DNA of 64,000 nucleotides from Tubiluchus corallicola (GCA_030141605.1 JAQGDQ010000850.1:23446-87445), one strand, 5' to 3'; positions 1-14,509 are shown, counted from the first letter of the stretch. The notes: generated from the letters alone by a model not told the origin. A program made the numbers and translations.

Positions 1-438
1 ACATTTGTAGTTAAAAACAACACAACTTTATTAAAAACTTTTACATTAAAAAGTTAAAAGCTAAAATCATGCCAAACATTTCGACTAGCTGTTGCTGATG
101 ATGATGATGATGATGACAGCTAGTTTTTCATACTTACTTTTTCTCATAAATTTTTCTATATTACACTTTTTGGTGCTTTTTTTCTTTCCATACTCTCAGT
201 TTTTTAACTTTACTCACTAACCTTGGTCAAATTCCCCAGTTAATAAGACCCCATTTGAAACTACTACATATAATATTCCTAATTACTGAATAATTTATTG
301 TTTTGTTTAGATTTAGGTATCTAGCTTTATTATTTTTTGTTTTCAGTTCTCTTTGGATAAGTAGTATCATTTATACTTTTTTATTATCCTTTTTTTCTTA
401 TTTGCTTTTATTATCTGCAGCATCACCGCTAATTTTTC

Positions 439-1300
439 ATATACTAATCTATTTATAAGAAAGGGCAGGAGACTAGATGACCCTATGGTCCTTCCCTGCC
501 CTACTCCATGATTATAATTACTTAATATACTAATCTATTTATAAGAAAGGGCAGGAGACTAGATGACCCTATGGTCCTTCCCTGCCCTACTCCATGATTA
601 TAATTACTTAATATACTAATCTATTTATAAGAAAGGGTAGGAGACTAGATGACCCCATGGTCCTTCCCTGCCCTACTCCATGATTATAATTACTTAATAT
701 ACTAATCTATTTATAAGAAAGGGTAGGAGACTAGATGACCCCATGGTCCTTCCCTGCCCTACTCCATGATTATAATTACTTAATATACTAATCTATTTAT
801 AAGAAAGGGCAGGAGACTAGATGACCCTATGGTCCTTCCCTGCCCTACTCCATGATTATAATTACTTAATATACTAATCTATTTATAAGAAAGGGCAGGA
901 GACTAGATGACCCTATGGTCCTTCCCTGCCCTACTCCATGATTATAATTACTTAATATACTAATCTATTTATAAGAAAGGGCAGGAGACTAGATGACCCT
1001 ATGGTCCTTCCCTGCCCTACTCCATGATTATAATTACTTAATATACTAATCTATTTATAAGAAAGGGCAGGAGACTAGATGACCCTATGGTCCTTCCCTG
1101 CCCTACTCCATGATTATAATTACTTAATATACTAATCTATTTATAAGAAAGGGCAGGAGACTAGATGACCCTATGGTCCTTCCCTGCCCTACTCCATGAT
1201 TATAATTACTTAATATACTAATCTATTTATAAGAAAGGGCAGGAGACTAGATGACCCTATGGTCCTTCCCTGCCCTGCTCCATGATTATAATTACATAAT
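439..1300 (+). repeat. 86-bp tandem repeat x10, derived from a CR1-like LINE 3' end
   Basis: Near-identical units with period 86. Each has AGGGCAGG...CCTGCCCT and GACC-N4-GGTC stems around GACTAGATGACC. A single-unit homologue lies on the minus strand at ~45077-45600. Confidence 0.85.
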
Positions 1301-1597
1301 ATTTAAAAAATATTATATAATATTATATTTTATAATATGATGATGAGTTTTAATAAAGTTATGTTGTTTCTAACTACAGATAATTGTAAAAAATGGTTAT
1401 TTCAATGTATGATGAAACTTCTAGTTGATACAATAGCTAATATGTTGCCCAAATCCAATTTGTGGTTATACTCAGGTATTTCATTTTATATCATACACGT
1501 TTCCTTGCAGTTTAAATAAAGTTGGTTATCTGATTTTAAAATTCTCCTTCCGTGGCAAAATTTCTTCCCCGTGAATTTAAAATCCCTCCCCGGAAAC

Positions 1598-1977
1598 CAG
1601 GGGCGGAACTAGATGTGGCAAGCAGGGGGGATGGCGCAAAAAATTTTTGGGAGGGCGAGGTATCCGAAGTGGTTAAATAATGGTTAAGCCAATTTTTAAC
1701 CCCATTTATACTGCATGCAGGCCTATAATTAGCGTGTGTGTAGGACGGCATAGCGGACAGAGCAATAATGAGAAAATTAACTCTCAGTTAACCTAACGTT
1801 ATTAATGCGCCTCTAACTAAATTGTTATTTACAGAAATTTATCATACACAAATTTTAAGAAAATAATACGCAGGAAATAATGTCCAAATGAAATGTGGAA
1901 TGATACGTCATTCAAAAAGTCACACCAGCTTTGTTACGACAAGTTTATTGTGTCATAATTTCCTAGTTCCGCCCCTG
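1598..1977. mobile_element. hAT-type MITE
   Basis: 15-bp TIR CAGGGGCGGAACTAG/CTAGTTCCGCCCCTG with a perfect 8-bp TSD CCGGAAAC. Confidence 0.9.
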
Positions 1978-2018
1978 CCGGAAACCACGTGCTTCCCGTC
2001 TGATAATCTCTCCCTTAC

Positions 2019-2246
2019 CTGTTCCGCAGTGAGATATTGTCTTTTGTTAAAGACCGTCCAGGTCACAGATTGCTCACACGGTGGCGTTGTTAGCGAACCA
2101 TCATACCGATAGAATTCTTTCAGGTTCTTTGGAAACAGTCCATAGAGACCGAAAGGTTGTAGATTGATTTTCCCTGAGTCTGAGTATTTAATCTTACTCA
2201 AATTGTCGGTGATGCGAGACATAGCTTTATTTTTTGTTTTTCCAAC
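2019..2246 (-). CDS. CA: Alpha-carbonic anhydrase exon 6 (VGKTKNKAM...FYRYDGSLTTPPCEQSVTWTVFNKRQYLTAEQ); gene continues past the window start
   Basis: YRYxGSLTTPPCxxxVTWTVF motif (Thr199, Cys203, Trp209 equivalents). Acceptor CTCAG, donor CAG|GTAAG. Confidence 0.97.
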
Positions 2247-2375
2247 CTGAGAAAATAAAAACAGTCGCTGTAACAAGGTCAAAAATTTGCACTTGAAGGC
2301 CAATGGCTTGTTTTGAAAACAAGGACAATGGTCACTCCAGGTAAGAGGCTACAGTAAAACCAGAGAGATAGTCTT

Positions 2376-2891
2376 TATATCGAGTGGCACAGAAAAAATG
2401 TGTCGAGGTTTAAACAGCAATAATATTAGAAATGACTGTCCTACAAGGACGAAATTTTATGTCATTGGTATTACAACACATTAGCTTTGGGCTGTGAATG
2501 TAACAAGTTTATAGTTATAGTAGTTTTCAAGTTTTGGCCAAAAACATTTGCATGTTAAAACACTAAATGCTGGAATAACTTCAGCTAATCGTTAATTGAC
2601 CAGACGGTTTAGTCTAGTGGTAATGCGTCCGCTTTCCGTCTGGGAAGTTATGAGTTCGAACCAGCAGCCGCGTAATACCAAAGACTTTAAAAATGGTACC
2701 TGCTGTTGCCCTGCCTGACGCGTGTTATTTAGGTTAAAAGTGGGGTAATAATAGTCTCTGTTATGTAGTTGTAGGTTGTTATTTACAGTCGGCAATAATA
2801 GCTCTTTGAGCTAATGTTAATTGTTGATCCAAAAGCCGACTTTAAATAAAGATTATTATTATTATTATTGTTGTTGTTGTTGTTGTTGTTG

Positions 2892-2941
<50 letters not shown>

Positions 2942-3667
2942 GAAAAACATTCGTGTTGATGTGTAAAGCATTCAATAGATGGCAGCGAAACAACAAAGAA
3001 ATGAACTAGTTTACATCACAAACAGAAAATAAAGCACTTACTAAGTCACACTTTTCTTGGCAACAAGTTTTAAATCAACAAGTCAAAAAAATAAATAAAT
3101 GCAAGGAAAAGTGTGACACTATTGTTTAAAATTTACAGCAAGTGTTCGATGTGCCCAACCATTTTTGCTGCAAACTAGACGAAGACACTTCTTCCAACAG
3201 CTGACACAGTTTCTCATTTCTTTAAAGGGATTTGGTCCCAGTTTTTTGCTTTAGTTCCTCTGCTTCGAACGATTCTGTGCATTTTCTCTTTAAGGGAAAT
3301 CCAGATTCCGTCATCCAGAGGATTAAATCTCATTTTTTTCTTGCTAACGAACTTTTATGAGTGCTTTATTTTCCGCGGCAAAGACCACGTGTAAACTGAT
3401 CGATATCTTTATTGTTTTGCCGCCATCTATTGAGTGCTTTACACGTCAACATGGCTGTTTTTCTGTTGATTATGGGCGACATTGTAAAGGAACTTAATCT
3501 TTTAACATGCAAAAGTTTTTAACCATTCGTTAAAACCTCTAAAACTACAAACTTATAACTTTTATAGTGAAAAGTTAGTATATTATAATATCAAGCTGTG
3601 AAATTTCGACTTTATAGGGCACTTGTAGTCTAAATTTCGACACATTTTTTCTGCGCCACCCCATATA
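2376..3667 (-). mobile_element. Decayed Tc1/mariner-superfamily transposon with a nested SINE
   Basis: Long imperfect TIRs (GTGGC(A/G)CAGAAAAAATGTGTCGA) in TA context. Minus-strand transposase remnants DLNPLDDGIW (~3301-3330) and C-terminal GHIEHLL* (~3133-3156). Confidence 0.75.
2605..2790 (+). mobile_element. tRNA-derived SINE with Meta-like central domain
   Basis: A box (TAGTCTAGTGG) and B box (GAGTTCGAACC), followed by TACCAAAGACTTTAAAAATGGTACCTGCTG. An (ATT/GTT)n tract follows at 2852-2942. Confidence 0.7.
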
Positions 3668-4509
3668 AACAGTGCATTAAGCCACGGTGATAATAACAAA
3701 GCTCTTGCAAGATAATTGGCACGAGTGTGAAAATGTTGAAAGGTGAGTGAGAAGACTTTCAAAAGGTGCAAATGACATTGAAACATGTACGAAACAATTT
3801 GTTGTAAAAGTTGCATAAAGTGGCGTTTATGTAGCGTGCGGATGCGGATGCGTTTTCTACCGCGGAATAATGTGAGAAAAAACTCAATAGGAATAACTTC
3901 AGAAAAAGAATAATGCATACGCAGTTCTGCATAAACGGATCCGCTGAAAACAATATAAATCGATATTATATATGAAAGCACACACACCCCCCACCCCCAC
4001 CCCCGAAACATATCCGCATCCGCATCAATATAAGGGCATAGTTATTTTACATGAACAACACTGTCAGTCCTTTGTAATAATTTGTTTCAACTGTGTGTTT
4101 CATTCAAAACTATATAAAAATAGTTAAATCTATAGTTTGTAAATTTTATGTAAATAATAATTGTGTTATCTGAATTTGTTTTAAACGACAAAGTAATTGT
4201 GCTAAACAGTCATAGCGGGAATTTGAAATTATGATTTTTATGCGGTGTTACTGCTAAAGCTCTGTATGCAATAAGATAGTAGCAGTAAGTGATAAAATTT
4301 CAAAATGAATTTTTTAAGCTTTATTTATGAAGATTTTCTGTGCGTTAAAAGCATCATTCTAACTTACTAATTGCGCAAAACAGCGTTTAGTGATTAATCT
4401 GCTATGGTTTCAGTTGATACTAATGGCAGCTCAGCAAATTCAAGTGAATTGATGGCTTCACAGAACAGGAGAGCTGTTGTTCGGAGGAGATAAAAATAGC
4501 GTGTCTTAC

Positions 4510-4602
4510 CTCAAACCATACGCCTAGAACAGCCAGACCGTTGTCCTTATCCATTGCATCTTTGAGGTTTGAGTATCGTTCGTTATAGTGGACCATGTGC
4601 AA
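4510..4602 (-). CDS. CA: Alpha-carbonic anhydrase exon 5 (LHMVHYNERYSNLKDAMDKDNGLAVLGVWFE)
   Basis: E|LHMVH (third Zn ligand His119) and GLAVLG motifs. Acceptor TTTCAG, donor GAG|GTAAG. Phase 0/0. Confidence 0.97.
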
Positions 4603-4757
4603 CTGAAAGAGACAAGTCAACTTCTGAACGAATGATGGATAATCATCTTTTTACGTATTAAAAGGCAGCAAAGGTATAGGATTGTAATCAACAATGCGCG
4701 AACATTCCACGCAAGCTTTGTTCCATTGCTCATTCAAGTTGCCTGATAGATAGAACT

Positions 4758-4758
4758 A

Positions 4759-4808
<50 letters not shown>

Positions 4809-4875
4809 AATGATGATGATGATAATATTGATAATGATAATGATGGTGATGATAATAATGATGGTGATGATAATA

Positions 4876-4925
<50 letters not shown>

Positions 4926-5150
4926 AATGATGATGATGATAATATTGATAATGATAATGATGGTGATGATAATAATGATGATGATGATGATGATGACGAT
5001 GTTATGATAATGATGATGATGATGATGAAGATTGTGATGATGGTAATGAAGATGCTGATAATGATGATGATGACGATGATGTTGATGATGACGACGATGA
5101 TGTTGATGTTGATGATGATGCTTACGACGACGATGATGATGATGATGATA
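4758..5150. repeat. (GAT)n compound microsatellite
   Basis: Direct inspection; explains the poly-Met ORFs. Confidence 0.95.
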
Positions 5151-6799
5151 AATATGTTATTACGCCTCTGTTTACAGACTCAATACATCAGTATTAAAAA
5201 CGAAACCATGCGCAGATATTAATGACCCTTAAACACATAAATACAATTACATAAAAATAAAAGCAACTATATAAATTATATACAGATAAACAAATACGTT
5301 AAAATGTACAAAATACATACAAAATGTTTAGGTATTGTAAAGTTTTACCAAGTTGTTGTAATGATCAGATCCGAATTATAATTAAGTTATTACACCACTA
5401 TTGTTGTTCAATAGATCTCTATAAATATAGTACTTTTAGAGCACTTATAAATATAGTCGCTGCTTTTTTTCAAACTATGAATGACGTCACTGGTGGAAGA
5501 AGGAGTGTTCAAAATGGAAGTGTTTGAAATTATCGCGGTTTTAATGTGATTTTGTCACTTACACGAGGCGCTTATCATAGTTTCATTACCAAACCGTTTA
5601 ATAGTATTCCTGAACATTGAACTTACCAAACTTCCCAAAAAGGTTAACTTTTCCTTTAAAAGTGGATTTGCTTTAATCCTAGACACTCAGCATCTGTAAG
5701 TGACAACCCGCGAGAATTTTCCTTTCTCCTAAAGTGGTGAGCATTGAGCACAGATTCTGCTTAACCTAATCGATATTTCTATGATGGTGACCATAGCGGA
5801 AACGGAAATATGGATTTTTCCTGTTTATTCGTCCAGCTGACATAACGAATTCATATTTGAAGAGGCTATCGACTTGCCAGGATGACATGCTTATTAATAT
5901 AGATTTCAGTTTGAGCCTCTTGATTCTAAATCATGATTGATGAAGAATACGATTCTAGCTACTACGACCACTGGCACCTAAAAATCACGAACCACCTATA
6001 AGATCTATTACCTAAGAGAAAATCTATGACCTAACTACAATGAAAAGTAGTATAACTTTTGCTTATAGTAGCAAAGCTTTTAAATATTACTTTTGTACTA
6101 CTTTTCACTATAATTACGTCATAGATATTCTCCCTTTTACTTCGTAAAAGTAGTTCGTAATTTTTTTAGGGGCCAGTGGTCATAGTACTTACAATTGTAT
6201 TCTTTTCCACTGTTTGGAATCAAGTGCCTCACACGAAAATCTAAATCTACAATTTCAAAACAAGCGATCGTTATGAGTCGTTATGGACAAAAACCAGGCC
6301 ACCATCGAACCAATGGAACATGACAAAAATGATCTTGCCCACATTCTTTCCAAGTCACTCTAAAACTGCGAGTCATGAGCCCTGAAGAGGGTCGTAAGCC
6401 CTTTTCTTAGGGTCATGGAAGGTCCAACTGTATGTACATTGAATTTTCAGTCTCGGCGCTGGCTCGAACACATGCGCGCACAGCTAGTGCATTGTGGGTA
6501 GCATCAGCCATTGTTGTTTATCGTTTCGTACGAAGACCTCTCGTTGTCTTTGAAGCAGGTATAACGGCATATTCCTCATCGTTAATTATGAATTGTGAAT
6601 TTATTCCACAGCAACTCAAACATACATACAAGTTGATATTACATTGAAAAAAAATAAACTATGTGAGTTACTGTGAGGAGGGGGAAGGAGCATTGAGCTT
6701 TCGAGTCCTCCAGATAAGTGAAACAATTGACAATTAACATTACATTTTCATCAGTTATAACGTACATTAGAACAAAATAAGTTTTGTTAGTAACTTAAG

Positions 6800-7235
6800 A
6801 TCAGGATGAGTAAAATTGCGAGTTAATTATACCGTTGTAATAGGTAATTCTTTGATGCTTTTTTAAATTGATAAAGATTAAGAGTTTTCATTTCACGCGG
6901 AATTGATGACCATATTTTAATAGCATTATATTTTGATGACTGTTTCATTATATTTGTTTTTGGAAGGGGGAGTACATAGTTTCCAACTGAATGTCTTGTG
7001 TAGTGATCATGTTGATTTGAAACATGTTCACTTGTTTTGTCTACACTCTCAGACACAAATCAAAAATCAACATATTTTAATAGCATTATATTTTGATGAC
7101 TGTTTCATTATATTTGTTTTTGGAAGGGGGAGTACATAGTTTCCGACTGAATATCTTGTGCAATGATCATGTTGATTTGAAACTGGACTAAAGTATGACT
7201 GAAAAGCTGGTAGAAGTAGTGAATTACGATACTGA
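6800..7235 (-). mobile_element. LINE ORF2 C-terminal fragment (L2/Crack-like) with internal duplication
   Basis: LPAFQSYF...HDHxTR...LPLPKTNIMKQSSKYNAIKIWSSIP...FKKASKNYLL is a typical CR1-group ORF2 terminus. A ~110-bp segment is duplicated. Confidence 0.7.
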
Positions 7236-8005
7236 TGGCTAATGGCGGTCACACAAGAATGACAAGATAGTTTCATAATAAACATGTGTGAATTTAAACA
7301 GGAACCCACTGGATTCGGCTTACATTTTAAAATCGTTTAGTGTTTTGTGCCCATTTTTTGCGTCTGCGATATAAAAAATTGGGACGTTTTCAGTAGTCTT
7401 ATAAAGGTGATTTGAAAGATTTGTGTTCTCGTGTGTCAAGTGGTATTAAAACACACATACGGCATTAGACTGAATTATAAGAAATCACATTCTAACGCAA
7501 AATAATTTTTTACTCGTGAAAATAACTAAATGTGGCATTTTTATTATTTATCGCCACGTGCAGATTTCTTCTTCTGCGATTCCATTAATCTAACTCTTGC
7601 AAAAAACTTAAAGTTGAAATTCAATTCAAATATCAACGGCGAGTTCCTCCGAACTCCGCGATAGGCGGATGTCGTGGTAGGTTTGGTACTACAGAAAGGG
7701 GTCACGTACTGGGAAACATTGCTCTGAAACCTACGATGCACCAGAGCATCCAACGTCTGGCATCTGGCTGTCAGTTTCCAGCGTTTTTTGCTGGAAAACA
7801 GAAAATAGAAATGTATTTTTGCAATGTTTTCGTTCTTTCATTGCTGATTAGCATAATAATGTACCGGCGAGAGAACGTGAACACAAACCGAGTGGCCATT
7901 GGCTAGTGTTTAACTGACGCTGGACATCAAACTAAAAATTAGGAATGTTCCTGTTTCCCAGCGGTTGAGTTCCACCGTCTATTGCCAAAATCTCTGGTTT
8001 CGTCA

Positions 8006-8196
8006 GTTATTGACCATATACAGACAATGCAATGTACTTCACTGTTACTGACAATATACAGACAATGCAATGTACTTCACTGTTACTGACAATATACAGA
8101 CAATGCAATGTACTTCACTGTTACTGACTATATACAGACAATGCAATGTACTTCACTGTTACTGACAATATACAGACAATGCAATGTACTTCACTG
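8006..8196. repeat. 38-bp tandem repeat x5
   Basis: Unit GTTACTGACAATATACAGACAATGCAATGTACTTCACT. Confidence 0.9.
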
Positions 8197-8534
8197 AGAC
8201 AGAAAATGTTAGCTTTGTCATATCTCACAAGAGTTGTAGAAAACAACAACTTTCGATTGAAGTTAAACTTCTGATCTTGTCTGCTTCGAACCCATAGTAT
8301 TTTTTTACAATGCTGAACCAAGGGCAATAGAAGTTAAATAACAAAAGCCAATCGATCCTTTTTATTTTTCAAAGACGTCTTCAAAAACAGAAGCTATTAG
8401 GTAGCAACTGACCTGATAGAATATATGTTGACGTTGTATAATTATGATCTGATGAAGAAAGACACTTGAAGGAAACAATTCCAGATATGAAGACCACACT
8501 ACAAAAGGATCAAGCAAGTACAACTGTCTTTCTT

Positions 8535-9117
<583 letters not shown>

Positions 9118-9599
9118 CAACAAATAAAACGTGCTGTGTTTTAGAACACTCAAGCAACCTGGGCAACCAATAAATTAGAAGATTTCTAGGACAACCTGAC
9201 AATTCGAGTAAAAAATGCCTGAGGTATTTCAACAGGTATGTTGTTCAGTGCTGGTGAATGTAAATGTTGTTTACACTATCCGGTCCTTGTATGGTCTCAC
9301 ATGGCCATCAGTAAACAACTTTAAGCAACTCAGTAGTAATCTTAGCACATACAAAGTACAAGACGAACATCCTATGCAAATAATTGTCAAGGACACTTGT
9401 ACAACTGTAAGTCAAATGTTATACCATCTTACAAGCTTAACCTAACCTGCAAGTTAGCCCTGGACTTAAAATGACCTGCACTTTTGAGTCACAATAGGAG
9501 AAGCAACTGTTTGAATTAGTAGGAACGAACAGTAACTAAAGCCAGCAGTAACTGGAAAGAAAATAAGAAACAACAATAAAATGTTGAAAAGATCATGCA

Positions 9600-10256
9600 T
9601 AATGATGATAATAGTGACGGCGATGATTGATGATGATGAGGAGGAGGAGGACAAAGAGGAAGAGAATGACAATGATGATAATGATGATGATGATGAGGAG
9701 GAGGAGGAGGAGGAGGAGGATGAGAAAGAGGAAGAGAATGACGATGATGATGATAATTATGATGAAGATGATGATGATGACGCTGTTGATGATGATGATG
9801 ATGAGGAAGAGGATGAGAAGGAAGAGAATGATGATGAGGAGGAGGAAGAAGAGGATGAGGATGACGATGATGATGATGATGATATGCTAGTGATGATGAG
9901 GAGGAGGAGGAGAAAGAGGAAGAGATTGACGATGATGATGATGATGATGATGCTGATGATGATGATGATGACGCTGTTGATGATGATGATGATGAGGAAG
10001 AGGATGACGATGATGATGATGATGATGATGATATGCTAGTGATGATGAGGAGGAGGAGGAGAAAGAGGAAGAGATTGACGATGATGATGATGATGATGAT
10101 GATGATGCTGATGATGATGATGATGACGCTGTTGATGATGATGATGATGAGGAAGAGGATGAGAAGGAAGAAAATGATGATGACGACGAGGAAGAAGAGG
10201 AAGAGGGTGACGATGATGATGATGATGATGACGATTATCATGACGATGACTATGAT
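9600..10256. repeat. (GAT/GAG)n compound low-complexity repeat with internal duplication
   Basis: Direct inspection. The segment GATATGCTAGTGATGATGAGG occurs twice. It lies just past the exon 4 donor. Confidence 0.9.
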
Positions 10257-10293
10257 GGCATGTAACTAATCTATATAATGACAACGAACTCAC

Positions 10294-10445
10294 CTCTATA
10301 GGATAAGCAGAACCTTCAAACGTGTGCTCAGATCCCACATTGTCAGTACTTCCCCAGTGAAAATGAAAACTGTGCAGCCTGTATGTTCCTGGTAGAGATC
10401 CACCAGAAACTGTTACCCTGTCTTTCGGGTTGATGGTAATTACAA
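10294..10445 (-). CDS. CA: Alpha-carbonic anhydrase exon 4 (VVITINPKD...YRLHSFHFHWGSTDNVGSEHTFEGSAYPIE)
   Basis: FHFHWG (Zn ligands His94/His96) and GSEH motifs. Acceptor TTTAG, donor GAG|GTGAG. Confidence 0.97.
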
Positions 10446-10487
10446 CTAAATGCAAAGAAATTGTAATAATAAAGATTTAAAAATGTA

Positions 10488-11577
10488 GCGAGTTTGTTAC
10501 TATGATGTAACCATGTAAACGAGTTTGTTACAATGATGTAACCATGTAAAAGAGTTTGTTACAAGGATGTAACAATATAAACGAGTTTGTTACAAGGATG
10601 TAACAATGTAATAGAGTTTGTTATAAGGATGTAACAATGTAAACAAGTTTGTTACAAGGATGTAATAATATAAACAAGTTTGTTACAAGGATGTAACAAT
10701 GTAAGAGAGTTTGTTACAAGGATGTAACAATGTGAACAAGTTTGTTACAAGGATGTAACAATGTGAACAAGTTTGTTACAAGGATGTAACAATGTAAAAG
10801 AGTTTGTTACAAGGATGTAACAATGTAAAAGAGTTTGTTACAAGGATGTAACAATGTGAACAAGTTTGTTACAAGGATGTAACAATGTAAAAGAGTTTGT
10901 TACAAGGATGTAACAATGTAAAAAAGTTTGTTGCAAGGATGTAACGATGTAAAAGAGTTTGTTACAAGGATGTAACAATGTAAAAGATGTAACAATGTAA
11001 ACGAGTTTGCTACAATGATGTGACAATGTAAACGAGTTTGCTACAAGGATATAACAATGTAAACAAGTTTGTTACAAGGATTTAACCATGTGAAAGAGTT
11101 TGCAACAAGGCTGTAGCCATGCAAAAGAGTTTGTTACAAGGATTTAAACAATATAAAGAGTTTGTTACAAGGATTTAAACAATGTAAAATAGTTTGTTAC
11201 AAGGATTTAAACAATGTAAAAGAGTTTGTTACAAGGATTTAAACAATGTAAAAGAGTTTGTTACAAGGATTAAACAATGTAAAAGAGTTTGTTACAAGGA
11301 TTTAAACAATGTAAAAGAGTTTGTTACAAGGATTTAAACAATGTAAAAGAGTTTGTTACAAGGATTTAAACAATGTAAAAGAGTTTGTTACAAGGATTTA
11401 AACAATGTAAAAGAGTTTGTTACAAGGATGTAACCATGTAAAAGAGTTTGTTACAATGATGTAACCATGTAAAAGAGTTTGTTACAAGGATGTAACAATG
11501 TAAACAAGTTTGTTACAAGGACGTAACTACTTAACTGAGTTTGTTACAAATGTGAAACCATGCAAACTAGTTTGTTC
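10488..11577. repeat. 31/32-bp minisatellite (~34 units) with internal palindrome
   Basis: Unit GAGTTTGTTACAAGGATGTAACAATGTAAAA contains TTGTTACA-AGGA-TGTAACAA. Confidence 0.93.
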
Positions 11578-11856
11578 ATCTTACTACTTCGTTAGTTAGT
11601 CACACAGTTTTCCTTTTATTCGTTTGTTCTTGTTTTTGCCATTCAGCTGATCGGGAATTTTGGCATGTTTCTTTAGCATAAGAATTCACTCAGTATGAAA
11701 AGTTATAGCTGTGTTTTCAATTCTGATTTATTATTTCAGAGTAATGCCATTTTTACTCTTTAATACAAGTAGTTAAAATGTTCATCATTGTCGACCATCA
11801 CAATGTATTTACAAGGAATATAATATGGTTATAATTTAATCTGCTAAATACATTTA

Positions 11857-12251
11857 CAGTCATTTGCAAAAGCTTAAGACCAAGCCCGAGTTTTCGGGAT
11901 TTTCATCATACTGTACCCTGATTGCGTCCGACAGGCAGCCATCAAGTGCTGAAGACTTGCGAAGAGTTATCAAGGACGTTTGGGTTAAAGAAATTACTTC
12001 CGAGTACTGCCAAAACCTAATTTCCAGTATGCCTCTTAGAATGAAGGCAGTGATTGACAACTTCGGCGGCCATACAAAGTACTAAAATGTTCAAGACAGT
12101 GACTATTTTTGGATAAAAACATACAAACTATGCTGTAGTATACTTTCCTAGAAGAATAAATGAATAGTTTTTAGATGGAACCGTGTTAAACGATGGTTTT
12201 GTCAATTTCCATGAAAAAATCACTTTGGTTTTAAACTTTTGCAAATGACTG
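11857..12251 (+). mobile_element. Internally deleted Tc1-like transposon
   Basis: TIR CAGTCATTTGCAAAAG/CTTTTGCAAATGACTG with TA on the left. Retains the Tc1 transposase C-terminus (..VIKDVWVKEITSEYCQNLISSMPLRMKAVIDNFGGHTKY*). Confidence 0.9.
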
Positions 12252-12259
12252 AATACCCG

Positions 12260-12720
12260 CAGTGGCGGCTCGTGTATGGGGACAGTGGTACTGCAGCACC
12301 CCTTGTTTTCGTTCATTATCATTGATAATATTCAATATAATAAGTCTTTTTTAGTTCTTTCTTTATACTTGTACGGAACCAGAGCCCGTGAGGGAAGTAC
12401 TGTTTGCTTCACAGTCCAGCACAGTGGTGTGTTTGGCTGTTGTGCGGCCATGCATACATGTCTGAGATAAGACGCAGCCTTTTAGGTAGAAACAGTACTG
12501 TCACTCACGCAGTAGTGAGTGAACTGCGACAATTTAGGCTATTCGTAAGAAAACAATACTTTTTGTTAAAGATTTTATCAGGTTTATGTATAAATTTGTT
12601 TGTTTAAAGTTACAATTACAACATTAAAATTACATATGTTTGTTTCGTAGTATTAAAACAATCGCTAATTTTTTTTTATTTTGCAGTACCCCAACTAATT
12701 TTAACTACGAGCCGCCACTG
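12260..12720. mobile_element. MITE (hAT-like termini)
   Basis: Perfect 14-bp TIR CAGTGGCGGCTCGT/ACGAGCCGCCACTG. No clear TSD. Confidence 0.75.
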
Positions 12721-12779
12721 CTTCTGAAACAAGGAAATATTTAACTGCCTGTATTAAAATAGAATTTTGAAGTTTTTAC

Positions 12780-12941
12780 CTGTATGTCCATTGTTTCGTA
12801 TACTCATTGGGTTTGAAACCTTTTCATAACCTGTCATAATCAGCCCGCCTAAATCAGAGTCGTACTTTGCATTGTCAATATCAATGGGTGATTGCCTTTT
12901 TAATGCACACTTGGGATTATCATTAACCCATTTTCTTGTAT
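12780..12941 (-). CDS. CA: Alpha-carbonic anhydrase exon 3 ((D)TRKWVNDNPKCALKRQSPIDIDNAKY...SIRNNGHT)
   Basis: Not in the ORF track; translated by hand. Contains W...C...RQSPIDI and NNGHT (His64 equivalent). Acceptor TTTCAG, donor G|GTAAAA. Confidence 0.95.
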
Positions 12942-12989
12942 CTGAAAGATAAAGTTAAATTATAATTATTAATAATAATTAAACAATAA

Positions 12990-13760
<771 letters not shown>

Positions 13761-14054
13761 AAGTCTTTTATTTGCACACAAATACAAATTATAATACAAT
13801 ATGTACAAATGCTGCCCTCTATTTGTAGGACAAATGTACTTAACGGTTAGTACAATGGAACCGGGAGTTAATTATATATATATAAGTTGATATTACATTT
13901 ACTTTTTAAATTATTTACAATATATTTCTCTTTCCTTACATAAATGAATTTATGTAATTTTATCTAACAATTTTCTGAGAATGTTCTCACTTGAAACTGA
14001 AGCACCACATATTTTTATCGTACCATATATATATATATAAGATTAGGTATTACT

Positions 14055-14105
<51 letters not shown>

Positions 14106-14509
14106 GCGTGTGCGTGTGCGTGTGCGTGTGTATGTACAAATAGAATTATTTATAGCTATAATTTCACAAGTAAATAGCAAATGGTTGGATACACTTAATT
14201 ATAAGTAACACATCTATATTAGCACAAAAATTTGTTTTTGTTATTTTGATAGAATTATTTAAAAAGTTTGACATTAGACTAACCAGAAAGTCAGGCTTTT
14301 ACGGTATACCGCCTGACTATAAAGTCCAAGCCATTTATATGTTGATACATTTATATGCTATATCTTGGTGTTGACTATATACAGAGATGTAACGTAATTT
14401 AAAAATTAAGTTGTGTATGTTATATTGAGTCATGTTATATCATTTGAATTTTCGTTATGCTTAATTAAACAAAAAATCAATAAACGTCGTAGCTATAACC
14501 TAGACACAA

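Noticed and set aside
6374-6420. Hairpin containing CTGAAGA as a possible hammerhead
   Set aside because: No GAAA after the stem; it is only an inverted repeat.
9581-10039. Asp/Glu-rich ORF resembling an acidic biomineralisation protein
   Set aside because: It is a GAT/GAG microsatellite on the strand opposite the CA gene, with a non-ATG start and no signal peptide.
10036-10293. His-rich extension of the exon 4 ORF
   Set aside because: Read-through past a strong GAG|GTGAG donor into microsatellite; the CA domain continues in exon 5.
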